Position numbers and translations under genes: made by a program
In this document: positions 9,634-19,347 of the stretch, one piece after another
Position numbering within the stretch: position 1 is the stretch's first letter
How the letters are laid out: every line of letters starts with the position of its first letter
NCBI GenBank assembly: GCA_017534945.1
Contig: JAFXVB010000023.1
Location: forward strand, 1 to 58,385
DNA from: Alphaproteobacteria bacterium
Lineage (GTDB): Bacteria > Pseudomonadota > Alphaproteobacteria > Rs-D84
DNA length: 58,385 nucleotides
Direction of reading: 5' to 3'
Notes under the pieces: model-generated
Databases searched by the model: none
What the model was told of the DNA's origin: nothing
Seen by the model: only the letters and a program-made list of their open reading frames with translations

Positions 9634-10620
9634 TTATTTCTTTGCCGCGGTCGGGAAAAATTCTGGAATCGCAAATTCTTCGTCATTTGCGGCGACACCG
9701 GCCCAACCGAACAAATCACCCATTAAACTGGATTCATTTCTTTTTGCTTTTTTAAAGGGTAATATATTTTTCAATTTTCCAATTCGTCCACCACGCGCAG
9801 AACTTTTTGTCGTGTTTTCGATTTTGTCTTGGTTTTCTGCAAATTCATTTGCCAACATTTCCAAAGTTGCATCTGTTTCGTCAATTGTGTTATCTATGAC
9901 CTGTAAATCTGGTACAGTTTCATCTTTGTCTTCGTGCAAAGATTGCACAGATTGCAACAGTTTTTCTAATTGATTATCTTCGTCATCAATTTCATTTATT
10001 GTTGTGTGTTCTGGTTCAATTGTTGGAATATCATCTGTGATATTTTCTTGATTAAAATCATCGATAATTTGCGAGGCAATTTTTGGTTCGTCGTCCAACA
10101 CATCAATTGATAAATCTATTTCTGGTTTTGCATCGTTCACAGAAACTAAATCTGCATCATCGTTCGTTTCATCGGCATTTAACACAGATAAAATTGGAAT
10201 AACCTCTTTGACTGGTTCGTTTGATTTTTCCGCCACAGGTTCGATTTTTTCTATAACTTCGGTTTTTATTTCATCAACAATTGGTTCTGGGGCGACGATT
10301 TCTTCTGCAATTTTTTTCTTTACGCGTTTTGCGGTTTTTTTAACTGGTACAATGGTGTCCAAAGGTTCATCAACAACATATTCCGGTGTTGATTCTGCAA
10401 CAACCATTGTTGTTTCTTCTATAACCGGTGTAATTTCTGGGGTGGTCGTTTTTTTTGCTTCAAATTGACCGCCAAGGGCATCTTCGGCATCAACCGGCAC
10501 ACCAAACAATATGGTGTCCATGCTTAAATTCAATTCGCGTCGCACAGTTTCAAAGGCATCGCGCACATCGTTCATATTAAAGATTTCACCACCAGAAATA
10601 TAAATAATCTTTGTCTTCAT
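9634..10620 (-). CDS. hypothetical acidic low-complexity protein
   Basis: 328-aa D/E-rich ORF. Confidence 0.75.
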   Translation of the reverse strand: MKTKIIYISGGEIFNMNDVRDAFETVRRELNLSMDTILFGVPVDAEDALGGQFEAKKTTTPEITPVIEETTMVVAESTPEYVVDEPLDTIVPVKKTAKRVKKKIAEEIVAPEPIVDEIKTEVIEKIEPVAEKSNEPVKEVIPILSVLNADETNDDADLVSVNDAKPEIDLSIDVLDDEPKIASQIIDDFNQENITDDIPTIEPEHTTINEIDDEDNQLEKLLQSVQSLHEDKDETVPDLQVIDNTIDETDATLEMLANEFAENQDKIENTTKSSARGGRIGKLKNILPFKKAKRNESSLMGDLFGWAGVAANDEEFAIPEFFPTAAKK

Positions 10621-10716
10621 AACAAAAAATCCCCCATAGAAACAATTTTCCTATTGGATATTATATCATATTTTATGGTTGAACGCACATAAAAAAAGTC
10701 GTAATATATAAATGTC

Positions 10717-10932
10717 ATGACAGAAATAAAACAACAAATATTTCAAGAATTAAATTCATTGGAAAACGCGGTTTTGGGATTGCGTTCGGATGTTTCTGCG
10801 GCTGGTCGTCAAACAGATTTAGAGGTTGCCATTTTAACGCAACAGGTTAAAAATTTGCGTATGAAAAATACGCGTGCGGTGGAAATGATTGATAAAACTG
10901 TATCAATTTTGGAAAAATTAAAGAAAAAGTAA
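10717..10932 (+). CDS. small coiled-coil protein upstream of zapA (ZapB/DUF4164-like position)
   Basis: Heptad pattern; synteny with zapA. Confidence 0.6.
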   Translation: MTEIKQQIFQELNSLENAVLGLRSDVSAAGRQTDLEVAILTQQVKNLRMKNTRAVEMIDKTVSILEKLKKK

Positions 10933-10938
10933 GAAAAT

Positions 10939-11217
10939 ATGAGTGTCGTTACAATATCGATTGTGAATAAAAATTACCAAATGGGTTGCGAAGACGGTCA
11001 AGAAGAACGTTTGATTGAACTGGGGCGTATTGTTGATGCGCGCGCCCGCGAAATTTTGGATAAAATCGGGCCTTTGCCGGAAAATTCATTACTTGCGACA
11101 TTGTGTATTGTTTTGGCAGATGGTATTCATAACCGACCGGCGGTGGCGGCAACCGAAGATGATTTAAAGGAAATTTTGGCGCGTATTCGTGAAATTAAAC
11201 ATAAAATTGGGGCTTAA
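10939..11217 (+). CDS. zapA: cell division protein ZapA
   Basis: VTISIVNKNYQMGCEDGQEERLIELG...LLATLCIVLAD. Confidence 0.9.
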   Translation: MSVVTISIVNKNYQMGCEDGQEERLIELGRIVDARAREILDKIGPLPENSLLATLCIVLADGIHNRPAVAATEDDLKEILARIREIKHKIGA

Positions 11218-11234
11218 AACAAAGGCCCTTTTTT

Positions 11235-12293
11235 TTATCTTTTTTTCAAATTAAACGTATTTAACCCCGGAATCAACGGCACAGACGCAGTGTTCATGCG
11301 AACCATTGGTTGACGTGGTGTAAAAGATTCTTTGTTAAAATATTTTGCACGTGCCATATTTTGTAAATCTTGTCTTTGTGGCATAATTGCGTAATAATCC
11401 TTTGGTACATCATAGACATATTGATACAAATCGTTGTATTGCATATCTTGGATTTTTTTATATTCTTGGGCATACGCGTATTCAGCCAAAGTTAACATAT
11501 CAACGGCAAAAATATGGTCTGTCCTGAACGTGCCAAAAATATCGCCGATGGATTCATTGTTATATCCCGCGTATAAAGCCTTGCCATTTGAATCTGGGAT
11601 AAAAATACCATCTTCTACACGACCGATACCCAAAAACATCACAGCATGGGTATTTGATGGTGTGTTTGATTTTTGAATAATTAAAATTGCGCCCGGATGC
11701 AAAGATTCAACAGACCAATTGTTCCGCGTAAATCTATCAATAACTTTTTGACGAACACTATCAGGTGTGTTTTCATCAACATGATTGCGTTTCAAAAATG
11801 CGTTCAAAGCATTGTTATAGTCTTTGTTTGATTTAAACATTTTTCCATTGTGCAAAACGCCCGCATATTCTGGAGCACTGTATTTTTCCTTCATCAATCT
11901 GCGAAACTCTGGACAAGAATGGCGTGCATTAAATGGAATTAAATTCAAAGTGTCGCCCATTTGCTCTACGGCACGATTCCATTGAATATATTGTCCATAA
12001 ATACAATACCACTGCACAAACGCGCCCGGAAATTCGGCCAAGACTGCGCGTCTGTGTCCACCTTTGGCGTGTTTAATATTATCTTGGCCTTGTAATACAT
12101 TGGCGATATATGTGTCGCATAAATCTTGGGCTTTTTTATTGATTTGTTCTTTTGTACTGGGGATTTTTTGTGTTGCAACCTGTTGTGCGTGTAAAGAACA
12201 AGAACTACTGTTTTTACCAAATTCACCCATGCCCTTTGGTGTAAACAACAAAGAGCCAAATAATAAATATGGTAAAACAGATTTGAATTTCAT
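11235..12293 (-). CDS. hypothetical exported protein
   Basis: SD AAAGGGGGA before MKFKSVLPYLLFGSLL (signal-like). Confidence 0.7.
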   Translation of the reverse strand: MKFKSVLPYLLFGSLLFTPKGMGEFGKNSSSCSLHAQQVATQKIPSTKEQINKKAQDLCDTYIANVLQGQDNIKHAKGGHRRAVLAEFPGAFVQWYCIYGQYIQWNRAVEQMGDTLNLIPFNARHSCPEFRRLMKEKYSAPEYAGVLHNGKMFKSNKDYNNALNAFLKRNHVDENTPDSVRQKVIDRFTRNNWSVESLHPGAILIIQKSNTPSNTHAVMFLGIGRVEDGIFIPDSNGKALYAGYNNESIGDIFGTFRTDHIFAVDMLTLAEYAYAQEYKKIQDMQYNDLYQYVYDVPKDYYAIMPQRQDLQNMARAKYFNKESFTPRQPMVRMNTASVPLIPGLNTFNLKKR

Positions 12294-12300
12294 CCCACAG

Positions 12301-12442
12301 TCCCCCTTTGTTGGCGCAAAACCCACCCGGGTAATGCCACCATTGGTTCGTTATCTTTTCATAACGTACATTCAAATATGCATAAATTTACGCATACCCC
12401 GACTTGTCATCTTCGACAGCCCGCCCAACATATTTAGGGAAC
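12301..12442 (-). ncRNA. candidate structured RNA (6S-like or cis-regulatory leader)
   Basis: Closing stems CCCT/AGGG and GTTGG(G)CG/CGCCAAC; hairpins at 12349-12366, 12377-12396 and 12405-12418; GC-richer than its flanks. Confidence 0.45.
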
Positions 12443-12598
12443 CAAAGATATTACTCTTTATATTTCATATATATCACAAAATTGATTTTGTGTCAAGTCT
12501 AAAAAATACACGGAAAATGTTCTTAAAAACACTTGAAATCCGCCAAATTTTATTTACAGTAAATATCACTATAAATGGTAAAAAAAGGAGTCCCACAC

Positions 12599-14017
12599 AT
12601 GTCAGATATCAAAGTCACAAAAATCGCAGAAACCGATGTTTCGCCAACTATATTGGCATCACACGCAGCAACAATGTGCTATAATGCCGATACCCCAGAA
12701 TTGGGTCGCACGATTGATGTTAAAAAACGTTTGTTTGATACAGGTCATCATTCAACACTGGAACATAACTATTGGACATTTATGATTGAAAATATTCCGG
12801 TTTCCAGTGTTGTATTTGGTTTGCACCTGACCGCACCATTTTATGATACCGATCAACGCAGTGGTCGTTTTTCTAAAATGTATGAAAATCCAGATATGGC
12901 TGACATAAAAAATACATTGGAAACATATTACCCAGATGCACCAGCACAAAACATAACCCAAGCGTGTGATTTTATCGAAAAAGGATTAAATGTTTATGCC
13001 GATAACAAAAACAAAGTGACCGAAATGGCACGTGACGCAATTCATCGTGAACGTCCAATGGCATCTGACAAATATGTTGAATCAAATGCGCCAAAATTGG
13101 CCCAGGAACAATTGCGTATGTTTGTGTCTATGATTGCACCAACGGCGCTTGATTGGACGGTTGACTTGGCAACAATTTGTGCGTTTTACAGAACTGCATG
13201 GACGCCATTTATGCGTGATGTGATGGATAAAATTACGGCTAACATCAAAACAACACATCCTGATATTGCATATATGTTTGATGAATCTGCGCGCAGCACA
13301 AGGGATTGGTCACCGGAATTTGAAAAACATTATGACATAGGTCCGGGTACAGGATTGGTTGTGCCAAAAACCCGATATATGGGTACCATAACACGTCCAG
13401 AATTCAAATTGCTGGATTATAAATATAACAACGAAAAATTTATGCCTAATCAATCGCGCGATACGGTCGATACTTTGCAATTCAGTCCGGAATATATGGA
13501 CAATTCGTTAATGTATGTACGCAGTCGTATTCATGTTGATGCGGGTGCGACAATGGGTCAAGATCAACGTCACCGCAGTATCAAACGTTCTAAACCCATA
13601 TTTACCGGATGTTTCTATTTGCCACCATTATTGGACATGGCCGGATTGAAACCGGTTGCGGATAACTGGATGCGTGATTTTTATAATATGGTGCGTAATC
13701 CAGAAATTCCAAATGGTTTTGTCACATCCATTGCACCATACGGGGCAATGGTTCGGTATGATAAACATGCGGATTTGAACGCATTGATTCACGAGCAAGG
13801 CAAACGCACATGTTGGTGTGCCCAAGAAGCCATTTATCACCTGGCGTGTGATTTGCGGCGTGAATTAGAAGAAAATCTCGTTTCAGATGCGGCGGTTTTG
13901 GATTACCTGACCCCACCATGTTTATCAATGGAGCATTGTGTCGAAGGTGCACGCTATTGTGGTCGTGATTTGAAAAACGAAACATTGGAAAAATATTTCC
14001 GCGACAGACAAATCTAA
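12599..14017 (+). CDS. thyX: FAD-dependent thymidylate synthase, tandem-domain type
   Basis: GHHSTLEH, DQRSGRF, QDQRHRS, EQGKRTCWCAQ; AAGGAG SD. Confidence 0.85.
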   Translation: MSDIKVTKIAETDVSPTILASHAATMCYNADTPELGRTIDVKKRLFDTGHHSTLEHNYWTFMIENIPVSSVVFGLHLTAPFYDTDQRSGRFSKMYENPDMADIKNTLETYYPDAPAQNITQACDFIEKGLNVYADNKNKVTEMARDAIHRERPMASDKYVESNAPKLAQEQLRMFVSMIAPTALDWTVDLATICAFYRTAWTPFMRDVMDKITANIKTTHPDIAYMFDESARSTRDWSPEFEKHYDIGPGTGLVVPKTRYMGTITRPEFKLLDYKYNNEKFMPNQSRDTVDTLQFSPEYMDNSLMYVRSRIHVDAGATMGQDQRHRSIKRSKPIFTGCFYLPPLLDMAGLKPVADNWMRDFYNMVRNPEIPNGFVTSIAPYGAMVRYDKHADLNALIHEQGKRTCWCAQEAIYHLACDLRRELEENLVSDAAVLDYLTPPCLSMEHCVEGARYCGRDLKNETLEKYFRDRQI

Positions 14018-14029
14018 AAAGGTATAAAT

Positions 14030-14434
14030 ATGAACACAAATGAAGCAAAGTTTCACGAATCCCGTCGTATATTCATTATAAACCCCGATTTAGGATTAGT
14101 GATTGCTCCACCAAAGGTCAACATATCTCATGTGGATATGGTATACAACATGGGGTTCGATGACAAGCAGTATGCCAATGTTGTTTTGAATAAAATACCA
14201 CGTGGTTATTATATGAAAGGTGAATTGTGTGTGTACCAGGGGGCTTATGGACCAACATGGGAATTAGCGCAATCTAATTATCAAATTGTGCAACAATATA
14301 TACCTGACTTGCGTGCGTTGTTTAATTTGAATGACAATTCAAATATGTATCTGGGTGTGCGTGTGGGCAAGGTTGGTGATGTATGGGAAAAAATAAATAA
14401 AACAACCATTGGACAATTTATGCAACAACGGTAA
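14030..14434 (+). CDS. hypothetical protein
   Basis: 134-aa ORF with AAAGGT SD. Confidence 0.7.
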   Translation: MNTNEAKFHESRRIFIINPDLGLVIAPPKVNISHVDMVYNMGFDDKQYANVVLNKIPRGYYMKGELCVYQGAYGPTWELAQSNYQIVQQYIPDLRALFNLNDNSNMYLGVRVGKVGDVWEKINKTTIGQFMQQR

Positions 14435-14499
14435 AGAATTACGCTTGCGAAAAATTTTGAAATGTTTTAAATTCTGTTAAGTAAATAAAGATAAAGAAC

Positions 14500-16737
14500 A
14501 TGAAAAACACTGCAACAATAAAAGAAAATATTGATTCACAACAATTGGGTGACGCACTATCGGAACGTTATTTGTCGTATGCGGTATCAACGATTGTGTC
14601 GCGCGCACTGCCTGATGTTCGTGACGGATTAAAACCTGTGCATCGTCGTATTTTATTTTCTATGTTGCGTCAAAAGTTATCGCCAAATGCCGCTTTTCGT
14701 AAATGTGCAACGGTTGTTGGTGACGTGTTGGGTCATTATCATCCGCATGGGGATTCATCGGTTTATGATGCTATGGTGCGTTTGGCCCAGGACTTTTCGG
14801 TTCGTTATCCATTAATTGATGGCCAGGGAAACTTTGGAAATATTGACGGCGACCCCCAGGCTGCATACCGTTATACTGAATCAAAAATGACCGATGCCGC
14901 CATGATGATTATGGAAGGTATTGACGAAGACAGTGTCGATATGATGCCGAACTTTGACGGTACAACGGTTGAACCAACGGTTATGCCGGGTGCATTTCCA
15001 AATTTGTTGGCAAATGGTGGTATGGGAATTGCGGTTGGTATGGCAACAAATATTCCAACACATAATGTGGCAGAGGTTTGCGATGCATTGTGTTTGGTTG
15101 TTGATAAACCAGAATCCACCACTGCACAAATTATGAAGAAATTGGTTGGGCCTGATTTTCCAACAGGTGGTGTTTTAATTGATGATTTTGATACGATTGT
15201 AAAAAATTATGATACGGGTCGTGGCGCGTTTCGTATTCGTGCAAAATATATTGTCGAAGAATTGGAACGTGGCGCATCCCAAGTGGTAATCACCGAAATC
15301 CCATATGGTATTGTGAAATCTAAATTGGTGGAACAAATCGGTGAAATGATTGATTCAAAAAAATTGCCATTGGTCGAAGATATTGTTGATGAATCAACCA
15401 CAGATGTTCGTATTGTTATAACGCCGAAAAACAGAAATGTTCCAATTGATAAAATGATGGCGCATTTATTTGCGATGACGGATTTAGAATATAAATTCAA
15501 TATGAATTTTAACGTCATTGATACAAATGGTGCACCGCGCGTAATGCCGATTGGTGATGTGTTGCGTGCATTTATTGCGCATCAAAAGCGGGTTTTAATC
15601 CGTCGCACGAATTGGCGTCTGCGTAATATTGCACATCGTTTGGAAATATTGGGCGGATTATTGGTTGTATATTTGAATCTGGATAGGGTAATTGAAATCA
15701 TTAGAAATGAAGACGAACCGAAACCGATATTGATGGCCGAATTTGATTTAACAGATATCCAGGTTGAATCGATTTTGAATACTCGTTTGCGTTCTTTGCG
15801 TAAATTGGAAGAAATGGAAATCAAACGCGAAGATGCGGAATTGCGTGCTGAACAAAAACAATTGCAAACTTTGTTGGCGGACGAAGAATTACAACGGGAA
15901 CAGTTAAAGGCTTGGTTTGCCGATATTAAAAAGGCATACGATAAAAAATCTGCATTGGGTCGTCGTCGTACAACTTGGAATGCCGCAACCGAAGATATCG
16001 TTGTGAATCCTGATGATTGGGTTGAAAAAGAACCAATGACTGTTATTTTGTCGGAAATGGGTTGGATTCGTGCGGCCAAAGGTCATCTGGATTTGGATAA
16101 TCTGGACATGAAATTCAAAGACGGTGATAATTTGCAAACCGCTTTCCACGCGATGAGTAATGATAAAATCAATATTTTCGGTGCATCGGGTAAAATGTTC
16201 ACGATTTCTGTGGCGGATTTGCCGTCTGCGCGTGGTTTTGGTGAATCTGTGCGTATGATGGTGGATTTGTCGGCTGATGAAAACATTGTTCGTGCATTTG
16301 TATTGGATACATCGGCAAAATATTTATTGGTGTCGCGTCATGGATCTGGATTTATTGTGGCGGGCGAAAATTGTTTGGCACAAACCAAGAACGGGAAACA
16401 GGTCATGAACGTTGATGATACCAATCCTGCGACTTTATGCGTTCCGGTCACTGGGGATACGGTTGCGATTTCTGGGTCAAATGACAAATTATTGGTATTC
16501 AGGACTGATCAAATTCCTGAAATGTCACGTGGCAAGGGTGTAATTTTACAAAAATACAATGCCGAACGCACATATGTATTGGATGTAATGTTCTTTAATT
16601 TGGCAAATGGGTTCAGTTGGACAACGGGTCGTGGCACGACAAAATTGGACGATATAACCCCATGGATGGCCAATCGTGCATCCCAAGGACGCACAATCCC
16701 GGTTGGTTTTCCACGCAGTGGCAAATTCAATAAATAA
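14500..16737 (+). CDS. parC: DNA topoisomerase IV subunit A
   Basis: [29 protein letters not shown]; no GyrA box. Confidence 0.95.
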   Translation: MKNTATIKENIDSQQLGDALSERYLSYAVSTIVSRALPDVRDGLKPVHRRILFSMLRQKLSPNAAFRKCATVVGDVLGHYHPHGDSSVYDAMVRLAQDFSVRYPLIDGQGNFGNIDGDPQAAYRYTESKMTDAAMMIMEGIDEDSVDMMPNFDGTTVEPTVMPGAFPNLLANGGMGIAVGMATNIPTHNVAEVCDALCLVVDKPESTTAQIMKKLVGPDFPTGGVLIDDFDTIVKNYDTGRGAFRIRAKYIVEELERGASQVVITEIPYGIVKSKLVEQIGEMIDSKKLPLVEDIVDESTTDVRIVITPKNRNVPIDKMMAHLFAMTDLEYKFNMNFNVIDTNGAPRVMPIGDVLRAFIAHQKRVLIRRTNWRLRNIAHRLEILGGLLVVYLNLDRVIEIIRNEDEPKPILMAEFDLTDIQVESILNTRLRSLRKLEEMEIKREDAELRAEQKQLQTLLADEELQREQLKAWFADIKKAYDKKSALGRRRTTWNAATEDIVVNPDDWVEKEPMTVILSEMGWIRAAKGHLDLDNLDMKFKDGDNLQTAFHAMSNDKINIFGASGKMFTISVADLPSARGFGESVRMMVDLSADENIVRAFVLDTSAKYLLVSRHGSGFIVAGENCLAQTKNGKQVMNVDDTNPATLCVPVTGDTVAISGSNDKLLVFRTDQIPEMSRGKGVILQKYNAERTYVLDVMFFNLANGFSWTTGRGTTKLDDITPWMANRASQGRTIPVGFPRSGKFNK

Positions 16738-16822
16738 TTTATATTTTTCCAAAAAAAATATTTGACAACAGACTGGTGTAGTAATACTATACTGGTCATA
16801 TTTTTTTAATAGGAAAAAAAGT

Positions 16823-17104
16823 ATGGGGGCGCAAATGACCAACAAAGCACATGCAAAAAACAATACGAACACATCTCAAACGGTGCGTGCAATAATTGCG
16901 AAAGAATGTGATATGCCGATAAAAAGCATAACAAATGGCATGCCGTTTATGGCGAATAAAAATATATCTTTCTTTTCATGTATGGATATTTTATTTGATT
17001 GTGAACAAAGATTTCATGTCGCTTTGCCAGAGGCCGCCTTTCAAAGATTTAATACCGTTGGCGGTTTAACCCGATACATTATATCTCATTCAAACACAAA
17101 ATAA
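16823..17104 (+). CDS. acyl-carrier-protein-like protein, atypical
   Basis: ...DCEQRFHVALPEAAFQRFNTVGGLTRYI matches the ACP C-terminal half; no DSL motif. Confidence 0.6.
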   Translation: MGAQMTNKAHAKNNTNTSQTVRAIIAKECDMPIKSITNGMPFMANKNISFFSCMDILFDCEQRFHVALPEAAFQRFNTVGGLTRYIISHSNTK

Positions 17105-17131
17105 AAAGCCGTTTTATAATCGGCTTTTTTA
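17103..17131 (+). terminator. intrinsic terminator
   Basis: AAAAAGCCG-N9-CGGCTTTTT. Confidence 0.75.
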
Positions 17132-17152
17132 TTTGCTTTTATAATTCATAAT

Positions 17153-18391
17153 GTGATACTTTTCATCAAAAAGGCACGCCGCATGATAAAAATGTATGTT
17201 CCAAAAGATATAACCAGAAAAATAGAATCAAAACCCGGTCCAAATATCGGTGTGCATGATGTCAAATACGTGGAAAACGGGATAATTTGTGTCGATGCCG
17301 CTGATTACAGTGGTGTTGTCTATGACATAAATGGTGATTTATGCGATGCGTCCATAACATACCGTTTCGGTGGAAACACATCAATACCGCGGTTTACCCC
17401 CCCCTGTAATCGTATTACGCGTAATTGCGATTTTATAAATCAAAAGGTTGTATTTCTTGGTGGTGGTTATATATTTTCGCACTTTGGGCATTTTTTAACC
17501 GAAGGATTATCGCGTACATATCCTGGGTTATATAAATCTTTTCAAAATATGAAATTTGTCGTGGTGGTGCGTCGCGGCACAACACAATTACCAACATGGG
17601 CAACGATATTATTCGGGGCGATTGGAATTGCCCCAGAAAACATAATTTTAATAAATCGCACAACACGTTTTGCTGGCGTTTATGTCCCACCCCAAGGTTC
17701 GGTTATAACACAACACATATCACCGATAATGTCGCGGGTATTTGATAAGATATCAAAAAATCTGGGTGGTGAAAAAATAAAGACATACGACAAAATATAT
17801 TTATCGCGTTCCAAAATGAACGATAATCGCACTTTTGGAGAGGGAAATATAGAACGCATATTTGCGAAAAATGGATATAAAATCGTGTGGCCTGAAACAT
17901 TGCCTTTATCGCAACAAATAACATTGGCACGTGGATGTCGGGTTATGGCGGGGACGGCGGGAACGGCATTACATTTGGCATTGTTTATGAAACCGCATGG
18001 AACGGTTGTCCAAATAAAAAGAAACAAATTGGCCCCCGACAGTGCCGAAATTCAAAACGATATCTGTGTGGCGCGTAAATTAGACTTTATTTATATAGCA
18101 GGCAGTGTCGAAGATATCCCAAGTAAACATTTCACAGATGCCCCACAAATTGTCGGCGTTACCCCAGAATTAAAACAATTTTTTGATGATAATAAATTCA
18201 AATATACGAACAAAGATATTGCGTTTGATAATGTTGCACACGAAAAATATATGGCCCAGAGAAAAAAATATAAACAAAAACAAAAATTAAATAAAGTTAT
18301 AAACTTTGTTGCGCGCATGATATCTGTGTTTGGCATAACCAAATATCGCCGCCAAACCCTACGCGAAGGCATTATAAATCTATTTCGTTAA
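17153..18391 (+). CDS. glycosyltransferase family 61 (DUF563)
   Basis: HFGHFLTEGLSR, KIYLSRS, PETLPLSQQITL, GTAGTALHLALF. Confidence 0.85.
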   Translation: MILFIKKARRMIKMYVPKDITRKIESKPGPNIGVHDVKYVENGIICVDAADYSGVVYDINGDLCDASITYRFGGNTSIPRFTPPCNRITRNCDFINQKVVFLGGGYIFSHFGHFLTEGLSRTYPGLYKSFQNMKFVVVVRRGTTQLPTWATILFGAIGIAPENIILINRTTRFAGVYVPPQGSVITQHISPIMSRVFDKISKNLGGEKIKTYDKIYLSRSKMNDNRTFGEGNIERIFAKNGYKIVWPETLPLSQQITLARGCRVMAGTAGTALHLALFMKPHGTVVQIKRNKLAPDSAEIQNDICVARKLDFIYIAGSVEDIPSKHFTDAPQIVGVTPELKQFFDDNKFKYTNKDIAFDNVAHEKYMAQRKKYKQKQKLNKVINFVARMISVFGITKYRRQTLREGIINLFR

Positions 18392-18520
18392 TTGTATTCT
18401 CTGTTTTTCCCAATGTAGCTGTCCCCAGTGCGCCAGCACTGTCCCCTTCTTTCATACCCATGCCCCGCGAAATTGCAAAATTTCGTGGGTGGGAACGAAG
18501 GAGAATGAATTTCGGCATCA

Positions 18521-18548
18521 TTTGAACTTTGAACTTTGAACTCTGTAC
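18521..18548. repeat. heptamer tandem repeat (TTTGAAC)x3 plus one degenerate copy
   Basis: Read directly. Confidence 0.8.
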
Positions 18549-18552
18549 TTTA

Positions 18553-18586
18553 AAAAAATCCCGCCAAATCGGCGGGAAAATTTTTT
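18553..18586. terminator. bidirectional terminator
   Basis: TCCCGCC-aaatc-GGCGGGA between convergent genes. Confidence 0.75.
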
Positions 18587-18766
18587 TTAGTGAGGCATTT
18601 TTGCTTCTGTAAATTCAACATGCTTGCGCAATTTTGGATCGTATTTACGGAACTTCATTTTGCCCTTTGTATTTTCAGATTTAGTATTTTTAGTTGTTGT
18701 ATAAAAGAAACCAGTTTCTTTATTTTCCAACTTGATAACTTCAACTGCGCCTTTCTTAGATGCCAT
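18587..18766 (-). CDS. rpmG: 50S ribosomal protein L33
   Basis: IKLENKETGFFYTTTKN...KFRKYDPKLRKHVEFTEAK. Confidence 0.95.
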   Translation of the reverse strand: MASKKGAVEVIKLENKETGFFYTTTKNTKSENTKGKMKFRKYDPKLRKHVEFTEAKMPH

Positions 18767-18868
18767 TTTAATAACCTTTTGTTTTATTGCACACCGTATT
18801 CTATCGTTTTTTTTGGACAAATCAAGTGTTTTTTATCGTGGCATGTCACCCGAAGCTTTTGCAAAGGG

Positions 18869-18953
18869 TGGTGGGGGTAAAGAGAGTCGAACTCTTATGG
18901 GTTGCCCCACTGGAACCTAAATCCAGCGCGTCTACCAGTTTCGCCATACCCCC
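18869..18953 (-). tRNA. tRNA-Leu(TAG)
   Basis: GGGGGTATGGCGAAACTGGTAGACGCGCTGGATTTAGGTTCCAG...TACCCCCACCA; long variable arm. Confidence 0.97.
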
Positions 18954-19017
18954 ATATTAAATCATTTCATTTGTGTATGGCGGCACTGTCGTAGTCGCCA
19001 TACCCCCCAATAAAAAC

Positions 19018-19137
19018 TTAATATACCGGATAATTACGCGGATATCCCGCCGTTGGATGCTGTAATTCAGATTTTACACCGCAACCCGCCAACAACACCA
19101 ATGATGCCAATAAAAAACCGAATATAACTTTTTTCAT
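19018..19137 (-). CDS. 39-aa lipoprotein (LppL/LptM-like), absent from the ORF track
   Basis: MKKVIFGFLLASLVLLAGCGVKSELQHPTAGYPRNYPVY*; LAGC lipobox. Confidence 0.75.
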   Translation of the reverse strand: MKKVIFGFLLASLVLLAGCGVKSELQHPTAGYPRNYPVY

Positions 19138-19181
19138 GCTACTTATTATATCGCATCACCGCCCATTGTCAATAAAACAAA

Positions 19182-19203
19182 AAACCGCAGTTTCCTGCGG
19201 TTT
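19182..19203. terminator. terminator downstream of tRNA-Asp
   Basis: AAACCGCAG-tttc-CTGCGGTTT. Confidence 0.75.
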
Positions 19204-19210
19204 AAATTTC

Positions 19211-19288
19211 TGGCGGGATGTAAGGGGCTCGAACCCTCGACCTTCTGCGTGACAGGCAGACGCTCTAAACCAGCTGAGCTAACACCCC
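19211..19288 (-). tRNA. tRNA-Asp(GTC)
   Basis: GGGGTGTTAGCTCAGCTGGTTTAGAGCGTCTGCCTGTCACGCAGAAGGTCGAGGGTTCGAGCCCCTTACATCCCGCCA. Confidence 0.97.
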
Positions 19289-19347
19289 ATCGGTGCTTGT
19301 TATATTATACTGTTCATTATGACTTTGCAAGTATTTTTTTTAATTTT

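Noticed and set aside
14500-16737. gyrA
   Set aside because: It lacks the GyrA box; the length and C-terminal domain fit ParC.
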